Below are positions 51,431 through 61,477 of a stretch of 64,000 nucleotides of DNA, piece after piece. The stretch comes from Dicyema japonicum. Lineage: Eukaryota; Animalia; Dicyemida. The notes under the pieces are model-generated. The model worked only from the letters and a program-made list of their open reading frames with translations. It had not been told where the DNA came from and searched no databases. The stretch is taken from the NCBI GenBank assembly GCA_011109175.1, contig RDEW01000001.1, positions 322,395-386,394 of the forward strand, in the 5' to 3' direction. The translations under genes and the position numbers were made by a program. The stretch's first letter is position 1. Each line of letters starts with the position of its first letter.

Positions 51431-53296
51431 TTGTTAGGTGAATGAAAACTGATCTATCCCTCGATATGAAGTCGACGTCGTCATCATAAATGGATCCTCC
51501 TAATTCCCCTTCATAACATTTTCGAAGGTGACGTAGCGCCGTCTCCATGTATATGACAAACATCAAAAGGAAAGAGGGAGTCTCCTTGAGGAGAAACTTT
51601 TTTTCACTTTTGGAGTTACAAGAAGTGGTCTATAGAGAGAAAGAACATGACGCCAACACCCTTGGAGATCCTAATAGGAAAGAAAACAGAGGAGACCGAC
51701 AACAACAAACTTGTGTAGAATCAGCGGAGGAATACACTAAGCCAAGCTGAGGGCATGGAGTAAATTTGTCAGCATCACTTAGTTTATTTATTTCGGTTTA
51801 ATGGTGGTCTTTGAACTGTTTCTCCCTTATTTTCAGTTTTCATTAATGCCTTTAAATTTATGTTTTTACTCATTAAAACTTTCAACCCTCTCACCAAAGC
51901 ATGTCGTTACAAGGCAGTATAACATAGGTAGACCAACGGTGATGAATCTAGCGATTTGCATTCCATGGATACTTCTCCAGAAATCGTACCCTACAACAGA
52001 TACAACTACTAACTGCATCTGATGATTGGTTTTATCGATTATTAGAAATTATCGTTCATTCTATGATCAGTGTATTTTAATACTTTAAACAACTGACTAA
52101 ATTTTCTATTTTGGAGGGACGAGGAACCAGTTGACCTATCAGTACTTGCGTGGAATTGGTAGGGCCGCGTACTTTACCCTTTCAATCCCTCGGCCTTCTC
52201 AGCGGCAGAACAGGCTCCAGAGGCATTCTGTAGTAAGTTGTCGATGGAGGTGACGTCAAGAGGTTTTCCGGCTTCAAAAGGAAAGGTTATCATCCAATCT
52301 GGTCGTTTTCTGTCACGCCTACAAAGACCGACTGGTTCGAGCATGGAGCGGTATCCGACGGCGTCCAAAGATAACCTAACGACTTTGTTCATGGTCATGT
52401 GATTGAAAAATCTGCTTGCACTCTTCAGGTAGAAGTGAATTCTGCTTGCACTCTTCAGTCTTAATGAGGTCCTCAGATTTAAGGTCAATAATTCTATCGA
52501 GCCTATCTAAAACTAAATATTAACTTTTTTTCATTAATTACTTCAATAGAGAGGGAACTCTTATCTAATGTTGAGAATGAATTTTTGTATATTTCTTCAA
52601 TAAATAGATCAAAACATAGTTATCGAAATACGCTATCTAAATCATCCAGTCAAACGTGGATTATTTGTGGCCCTTTAGATCTTTGAGCAAATCTAACGGA
52701 GTTGATCGTCAGCTTGTAGTCCAAGGATTCCTGACGTCTAATGAGACAAACAAATGATCTTCCTAAATGTTTCGATACTTCCTTCTCTTAAGACCCTCGG
52801 TTTGAACAGAAGCATGACCTGGCCAAATAATTCTATGGAAGTTGAAAAAGAGAACTGATAAGTACTGCAGCAAAACCAAATTGTTGGGCACCTTCTTAGG
52901 GGACCACAAAGATAGTCAATAGAAAACACTTGCAAATGCAACTTTACAAAAGTGTAATGTAAAACATATATGTTAATGATTGAATAACTAATATTTTGGG
53001 AAAAAAATACCGGATTTGTTAAATCGGATTAGAATTTTAAATCGTCCAATGCTCTGTTTAAAATCACCCCAATTCGATAGGTAACACAATGTATATTATC
53101 AATGTAATATTTAGTATTACGATTATTTTGAATATTTTAATTTTCATATAAATTCATTAAAAAGTTTAAATATCATAATTATATGAGAAAAAATTAATTT
53201 TTATTAAATTTAAACAAAATTGTAAAAACCAAATTTTACTAATTGAAACATAAAATATAATAAATATAAAAGATTAAGTTATTATCAATAAAATTA

Positions 53297-54164
53297 ATGA
53301 CAATTTATAGCCAAATTATAGTGATTTTGATATATACAAAAATGAGTAAAGAAGTCACCGGATATAAAAAGAGCGATTACTCCGTCCCAACATGGCTAGT
53401 TCCAATAAAATCTACTGATCAGACCTTTTCTGTCTTATTTCAGGGAATCGTAAATTTGACATATTTTGATCCAAATCAAAATGTATTAAATATTATAAAC
53501 AAAGTTTCGTGAAGTTAATCTGAATGATTCTACGATTCATTATGGGAAGAAAATTGACTCTCCACAATATTATATATATTTGTTTTCAAGAGGAATCGGA
53601 ATTGAATTAGATTTCGATGTTATTAATGGAGAAGTAAATATAATAAAATTCGTGATCATTAACTATAGTAAAATGATAATTTAATCTAAGATGATGTGTT
53701 TCCTGATACTAATAAGTATTCGAATAAAGCATCGAAGAATACTTACTTGGACTGTCCTAACTTGTTGAATACAATCTGGCACAAAATATAAGGCGAAAAT
53801 TTATCATATGAAATTTCAAATTTTTAATGGAAAAAATGGCACTAGTTTTTATGGAAAAAGTTAAATTTATTATAAAAAGTAGAATCAACGTGTGATCCCA
53901 CGATACCTAAAAATGAAAAAGTTAATCCACTGAATGGTAAAATTATAATTCATTTTATAGAAAATGATCGTACAACTAAAACTACAAGTAAAATATAATT
54001 TTATTTCTTTAGGTCCTAATGTTCATAGTTCTAATGGACAAAATATTGGTATTTCTGAAAGACAAAATGTTGATTGTTTTAAGAGGCTAAAGGTTGATAG
54101 TTCTTTAAAACGTACAATTTCGGGTAAATTAATGATTTTCCTGCTGGGAATATTAGTTATTTAA
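53297..54164 (+). CDS. LAMP-like surface protein copy D: one domain, intact final acceptor, GPI-signal-like end; +1 shift near 53768
   Basis: Same exon structure as the other copies. The last exon reads SPNVHSSNGQNIGISERQNVDCFKRLKVDSSLKRTISGKLMIFLLGILVI*. Confidence 0.78.
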
Positions 54165-55274
54165 TTATAATTTGGGATTCTGTTATTTTTTGGAGTTGTT
54201 ATTTGATTTGTTATTTATTATTTACACAACAGACTGGATATCTCAATCCATCTAAACATCTAGATCGATTCTCTTTAAGAATTACCGAAAAATGAGTGCG
54301 ATTCCTTCATGAATCAATTCACTAATCATTGATGACGAATATTAAGGCAGGAAAAGTTACCAGAGTTCTGGAATGCTCTTGACTTCTTTTTTCTAATGTT
54401 AGGTGTTATATACCATCCGGATCCAATGACAAGTAATCACTGATGAGGCGTCACTCATAGATGGAACCTTCAGCCGGGATCTACAGCAGCGACATTCGAT
54501 CAGGGGCCATCAGTCATTTGCCCCGCTCTTATGACAATGCACGATATTATTATGTCGCGTCTCGCCCGCGCTACCCATCACATGTTACTCGTCAATGAAT
54601 CTGATTCCTTTCATTCATCAATATTAATAATTTCTAATCAATAATCGTTTCGATAAAAAATAAATTTATTTTTTTAAGTTTTTATTTTTTACATAATTTA
54701 TGTTGATTATTTTAAATTATCTTAATCTGTTACAACAATACAATATTAAATCCTAGTCGATTGTTCGACAAAATTTGAGTAATTTCACTTGGTTCTTCAT
54801 ACTCTAACGAGATGGTTGCAAGAGATTCAAATCTGTTCAGCTTAAGCAATGGATTAGACCCATATTTTTTTAAAACTCGTACCTTAAATTATTCACAAAA
54901 AAATAAATAAAAATCATATTTGATTGATGAACATTCTTTTTTTGTTCATCCGTTTAAAATATGTTGAATAAATTCAGTTCAAAATGATCTGCATATTAAT
55001 TTTTTAGAATACTTAATTAAAAATTACCTAAAGCATTTGAAATATGTTCCAATATCCTGTGATGTTAGTGGAAAACATCATCCGAAGTCTCTTTTATGAA
55101 ATATATAAACTTTTATACTCATGAATGACTGTGTTTATCCCAGAAACTCCTCTTATTTTATAAAGCGTGTTTCATTCGTAGAGGAATGAATAGAGCTTCG
55201 TTTAAAATTTTTTTTCAGTTTTAGTGGATTCATCAGCCATTAAATTTGAAAGATAAAGTTTGATTAAACCTTTA

Positions 55275-55452
55275 TATAATAATAACGGCCTTTTCACGAG
55301 AGCCATAATATTTATAGCTCCGCATAGGAAGGACACACAATTATATAAGTAAAGAACAGTTAATTTTAACTAATCGTAGAACCAAGGAATGACCTTCACT
55401 TCTTTTTTTCTTGTGTGTGGTCTTTTCTAGACAATCCAGTTCCGCAGTGAGG
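55275..55452 (-). repeat. RTE-like LINE 3' end repeat, copy 6
   Basis: Same ~120-bp core and aataataa tail. Confidence 0.8.
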
Positions 55453-57859
55453 CGTAAAACCTTCCACCAAATGAACTGCAACGAGAATCAAAATTGTAAC
55501 TATGATACTAGGTTTATATAAATAAACTTTTGCATGATCCTCTGAAAAAATAAAATATTATTTCATTACTTCTGATTGAGGATGATCTGATCTTTACAAA
55601 TATGTCTGATTGATTTTTCACAGAATGGGTTAAGGTATTTAGTTTTAGTTTTAAACTCTGTTCCTTTTTCTGTTTTGATCTCACAAAAGCGATTTCAAAA
55701 CAAATTGTTTCGCATGCTTTACAAATATCTAATTCACTTGAAGTCTGCTTGGATTGTTTATTAGGTTTTTGGCAATCACGTGGATTTAGAATCGGAAACC
55801 TATAAGTTATCGATGTTTTTTACAAAGCCTATTATTAAATAGAGAGATAAACATTTTAGATAGCACGTGTCGAATATTTAAAAACAACGCTAAAAATATT
55901 CAAGACTCTGAGAAATGCGTCAGGTCAATCCAAGAATTCTTACATCACTGCGAGGATAGTCACATCATTCCGAGAAATTCTAAAATCGAGGCTAAATTGA
56001 TCACATTACTTGTCACGTGACGTCGCTCAATATATTATATATCTTACAGTTATCGCTAATTTGTTTATTTTTGTAATGTTGGAGAATCTTACAAATGAAA
56101 TAGAAGGTATCACTAACATGGTTTTCAACAACAATGGTTATCAAACATATCGCTAAAAATCTTGATGTTCCACTAAAAACAGTCTATCGGATCATAGCGG
56201 AATTCATTAATATGGAAAAATTTCTAAAAACCTGAAGAAAATGCAAAAAACATATACGACGAAATTTCTGACTTTATAAGAGAAAGGTTGAATGAAGAAT
56301 ACGATATTTCACGTTCGAGACCTTCTAATGAAATATTTCAAAATGGAAAAAAATAAGGGATTTAATGATGCGAGTCTCCAAACAATTGGAAGTGTTGACT
56401 ATGAATCGTTTAATATTAAAAAGATTAATGGAATCGGTAAATTAATTTATTTTTTTCTCAAAAGTATAGCGTTGTTTTTTTGAAAATTTCTGGATTAATG
56501 TGATAGATTCTCTCTTGTTGAGTGTTGAAATTTTCGGATTGATGTGATGAAGTGATGTGAAAGTGTTCTCAATTAGACTTGAACACCCGTATATACCCGA
56601 TACGAGTACAGACTATAAAAACTTCATTAAACAGGTCATCAGGCACCTAATCACCTCATAACAATGATTGATTGACAGGTGACATGTAGCCTATTCAAGT
56701 CGTCCAAATGTTTCAAATTTCATTTTTCTTTTGATGTACTTGAGATCAGCATCAAATATCCATGTAAACGTGATCCTTGGTTGATCCAGTCCAACAAAGT
56801 ACTCCTCCATCGCTATATACTATGGGGTATCCAATTCCGATCTCAATATATGTCCAGAAAGCCTTCATCTAAAATCAGTGATCGGGAGAGTCAAGGGATC
56901 AGTAAAGCAAACATTACATAAATTTTTTTTGTCTATTTTCTTAGGCTAATTCAGTCCACCATTGTCCTGAGCTTCCTTCAATGAATCTATCCCCTGTTAC
57001 TCAGCCCTGGACATTGTCCACGTTGGTGAATTATTTTTAACATTTTTTTCAGCGCAGCAGTAGCAGGGGTAATTCTCCGAGCGATATCATGGTTCATCCG
57101 ATTTTTTTTCCGTTTATATGATATCAACTGCTTTCGTTTTGTAAACATTCATTGTTAGGTGAATAAAACTGACCTATCCCTCGATATGAAGTAGACGTCG
57201 TCATCATAAATGGATCCTCATAATTTCCCTTCATAACATTTTCGAAGGTGACGTAGAGCCATTTCCATGTATATGACAAACATCACAGGAAAGAGGGAGT
57301 CACCTTGAGGAGAAACTTTTGGAGTTACAAGAAGTGGTCTATAGAGAGAAAGAGCATGACGTCAACACCCTTGGAGATCCTAATAGGAAAGAAAACCGAC
57401 AACAACAAACTTGTATAGAATCACCGGAGGAACACTAAGCCAAGCTGAGGGCATGGAGTAAATTTGTCAGCATCACTTAGTTTATTTATTTCGGTTTAAT
57501 GGTGGTCTTTGAACTGTTTCCCCCTTTTTTCAGTTTTCACATTAATGCCTTTGAAAATTATGTTTTTACTCATTAAAACTTTTAACCCTCTCACCAAAGC
57601 ATGTCGTTACAAGGTAGTATAACATAGGTAGACTCAACAGGTGATGAATCTAGCGATTTGCATTCCATGGATACTTCTCCAGAAATCCTCCCCTTCAACA
57701 GATACAACTACTAACTGCATCTGATGATTGGTTTTATCGATTATTAGAAATTATCGTTTATTCTATGATCAGTGTATTTTAATACTTTAAACAACTGACT
57801 AAATGTTCTATTTTGGAGGGACGAGGAACCAGTTGACCTATCCGTACTTGCGTGGACTC

Positions 57860-57950
57860 GAAGGAGGATCATCGTGCCAAGTTGAAGTCGCTACCGGGAT
57901 CACGTGATTAGTTTATTTTGTCTTCCAAGGTCTTGGAAATTTTATTTATT
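57860..57950 (+). mobile_element. Very short 3' end of the Jockey/I-like LINE family
   Basis: EDHRAKLKSL / GIT* then tttatttatt. Confidence 0.55.
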
Positions 57951-58092
57951 TTTTGGAGGCTAAAGTAACGCTCATCCGGCATGCATACTCCGCAGGTATA
58001 TCAATAGGGCGGAAATAATATAACATTTTTTAGGACATTTTATAGACAAAATAAAACAAGAAATCGTTAAAACAAAACAAACAATAGTCATA

Positions 58093-58700
58093 TCATCTAA
58101 CTAATGTATCAACTTCTGGTCTCTCCGACCAGGCCAGCACCCACCGGGACTCTCTTGGTAGTATCTCCGCTTCCTTCCTATTTTCTGGATCATCCAACTC
58201 TTTATCAGTGTCGCGTCGCCTCTTTCCCAAATTGCATCCAGTAAGAGGATTCTTCATCATTTCCCAATTATTGTTAATCGCCATCGTTATTTGTTCAAAC
58301 CCGTGTTTATATTCTACAAGCATGCTCTCTAAAGTCTTCTTCAGCGCAATCGTTTGGATGTACGCTCGGGTGATGGTCGTAATTCCAATGATGTCCATGT
58401 ATGATTTGAAATACCTGGAGACAATTCCATCCCAGGTAAGAACAATTGGGAGTATCTTTACTTTGGCTTTGTAAATGATCTCTAGTTCACTCGCAAGAAT
58501 GTCGTATTTATGTAGTTTTTCGACTTCAACAGCCTTAAGATTGTCCATTGATGTTACTCCAACTTCAATTAGCCATATTTGGTTCATTTCTTATCATACA
58601 AGAAAATGTCAGGCTTGTTATATTGGACTTTGGACTCCGTTGGAATGGTCGTATCAACTCGGATCTCGGCATGCTGACAAAATAATACAAATACATCTTA
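58093..58700 (-). mobile_element. NeSL/R4-like RLE 3' fragment
   Basis: EIRVDTTIPTESKVQYNKPDIF; IEVGVTSMDNLKAVEVEKLHKYDILA..PIVLTWDG. Confidence 0.92.
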
Positions 58701-58719
58701 AGAAAAAATAGGACAATTT

Positions 58720-59520
58720 TATTATTTTTCTAATTATTTTGTATTTTCGCTTTTCTTTTCAAACGGGAGAAGGATTGTTCCACCTCAATTGAAGTTTTTA
58801 AAAAGGTTTTAATATGTCATTGGATATTGATTTGGTTGTCATTTCAACAACATCCATTAAAATCATTATTATACCTTTCAATAAAATTATTTTCAATATT
58901 CCACTTTACAGAAATAGAACTAATCTTTTCAAAATCTGCATAACTTTCTTCGATTAAATACCGTGAGTTTTGCAATTTTTCCAAATTAGATTTTAGCATT
59001 TATATCTCGTAATTTAAAGTTCATGAAACAAATTTCGATTCATTATTGATAGCTCACATTCGCCACAATAATCCCGTCGTCTTCAAACTTGTTTACTATG
59101 TCTATTATTGCAACAAGATTTTAGAAATAATAGAATACCGCTTTCAGGAAACTCCGCCATCTTGTGAAAATTACATCTGGGGGTAATTTAATCTCATCAA
59201 AGCTCTGCGCTTTATTGATTTCGATCTAGAAATTCCAATTAAGTCGTTAACTTTTGCCATAATTTTTTTAATAAAGATCCGAATTTTAATAAAGAATTTT
59301 AATAAGGATTTATCAAAACATCTCTAATTTTTTGAATTACAGCATTACAATGTACTGAATTAATAGAATTGTTTTTTATACAACTATTCCCTTATGTGTG
59401 AAGTGTAATGCTCTAACCAAAAAGATATCCAATTTTTCTTCGTTATACTTAGTAAGAAAAAGTTGAGTGGTCTCTATACTTTAGCATTAAGTTTAATGTA
59501 TTTTTCCATCGAATCATGAA
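58720..59520 (-). mobile_element. hAT-like (CGGBP1-related) transposase relic
   Basis: LPPDVIFTRWRSFLKAVFYYF resembles PPEPVITRWGTWL; TSIEVEQSFSRLK. Confidence 0.65.
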
Positions 59521-59559
59521 ATTCAACTTCGTATTTATAGCTTCAAATTCGATGGTACT

Positions 59560-59990
59560 TACTACACTCTTCACAAAACGTTATTAGCCAGTAAGAGCAG
59601 AATAATGTGGTTGCCCTTACAAGGGCAGATATTGTGCTCACTGCCCTTAAAAAGACACATTATGCGTTCTCGTGCGTGGAAGTTGCTCAGTATTCGTGTG
59701 ATCTCCGTTTGCATCGATGATGGCTCAAACTCTTCTTGAGTTCCAAAAATGTTGCGAATCGATCTGCAAGCAGAATCACTCGTCGATCGGCCCTGGAACT
59801 GGTAGCTCTTGGATGACCAGTCACGCTGAGTCGATCCAGACATCCATACTTCAGGAACTTTCTCGCACAGAAGCCGACAGTCGCCCTTGGCACTCCAAGA
59901 AAGTCAGCAATGGCGTTTCAGCTCAGGCCAACAACTTATCACATCCCGATGGCTCGGTAATCAAGGCCGTTTCTCATGCATTTTATTGTG
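59560..59990 (-). mobile_element. Tc1 transposase N-terminal HTH relic
   Basis: AIADFLGVPRATVG..KF..GHPRATSSRADRRVILLADRFATFLELKKSL. Confidence 0.75.
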
Positions 59991-60559
59991 CATGGGTGTG
60001 AGTCCCTCAAGCTCCTTAAACAGCGAGAAACTGAAACACTATAAAGCGTTGACACGGACCCTCACCAACAATTTCAAATATTTTATCAAGAAACGGAATT
60101 GAATAACCCTAACCTAACCCATTTCAAATATTTTCGCATTTTTATTTTTGATTCTTACTTCTATCTGTTTATCACCAACATTGCACTACATTCTGTAGGG
60201 GGTTTCAGTTCTTCAAATTCTGCAATTCAATAATCGTTTCAACCAGATTGATCGGGCACTTTCCTCATCTGAGGTGTTTTCTGGAGTAGTCTTAATTCCT
60301 TTTGCTCTTTTCTAAGTTTTGGTACATTGGGCCAAGTTTTGTCTTTGTGCGTAGTGCTGGAGTCAGTGTCATTATCGTCTCATCAGGCGTAAAGAAAATT
60401 CCGTCTTGAACGACAGTCCAAAGCCCTTCAAAGAAGAGTTCTTTCTCAATGTTGCCGATAATCTCAATTGAAATTGATACTTTTCCCTCTTCTGTGTGAT
60501 GAATATAGCTGTTCAGTCTTGTATCTTCTGGCCTCTGTCACGATCTCTCCCGGAAAGTT

Positions 60560-61300
60560 TTCATAAGAAAAAGAGTGAGACTATTTTATGATCATTGTCA
60601 GTTTCCGTTCCTCCATACGATCTCGAAGACTGTAGGAGCCATTTTTCTTCTCAGTGGCATAGATGTACTCTATTTGATTAATAACGTTGATTATTCTCCC
60701 CATGGAACAAATTCCACGTAGTTTTTTGACGAGCCGGGTGTTGAAACAGGTCTTGTATAAATAGACTAAATACTTGGCAGAGTTGACCAGTGTTGATCCA
60801 GGTAAATTTCTGATTCCTCTTCCATGGTGACCGATAAAGACTCATCTTCTTTCTGGACTCCGACCTTCGAATTCTAGTCTCCTGCAACGGGCAACCGATG
60901 GGAAAATCAAAATTTCGTCATTGTTCTCCCCAATTCCTCTTAGAACTGGTCAAGTTCTTCAGGATGTGTGGAGCATAGACATTTATGATCGTAGTAAGCA
61001 TCTTTGATTCTTTGTTAGGTTCTATTTTTAGTTGTATTAGAGAGATCCTGTCAAAAACTTTCCTGTATCCGTACAAAACCTGGGGCAATGCCCTTAAGTA
61101 TAGCAATCCTTGACAGAATCATCAATACCATATAGTTTCCATGCTCCTTGTACGATCCTGCCATCTTTGTTTCCTGCATGCAGAATACCGATCTACCATA
61201 TTGTTGAATATCCGAACACATAGTGTCTCTTTGTCGAATCTTTAAATCCTCTGGTATTGTAGGTAAGAAATGTTAATTCTTTTTGATGTCACAGATTCCT
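60560..61300 (-). mobile_element. RTE-like APE endonuclease region
   Basis: TYNTRG; RISLIQL..IINVYAPH; FQHPARQKTTW; NQIEYI. Confidence 0.8.
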
Positions 61301-61477
61301 TTGAGTGTGCAATAGAGACAAATCACCACCTCAACCAAAAACTGCGTCACATTTTAGAAAAATAAACCAAAAAATTATATAATTAAAAAATAATTAAATA
61401 TAAATTAATAAATTATTTAAAGTTATTTGTGATTATCACGTGACTTATCAAATAATGACTATATTAGGCATTACTTC

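Larger units (their letters stand above)
45172..52153 (+). repeat. Tandem duplication unit 1 (~7.0 kb)
   Basis: Begins aattgggtagggccgcgtac and ends gtacttgcgtgg, followed directly by unit 2. Confidence 0.95.
52154..57855 (+). repeat. Tandem duplication unit 2 (~5.7 kb)
   Basis: Co-linear with 45172-52153. It is shorter mainly because it lacks two ~692-bp domain cassettes. Confidence 0.95.

Noticed and set aside
59380-59430. tRNA-like A box (TGGTTAGAGC on the minus strand)
   Set aside because: No B box or cloverleaf; it lies inside a hAT relic.
60103-60120. Telomere-like taaccctaacctaaccc
   Set aside because: Only about three imperfect units, which is too short to support a call.
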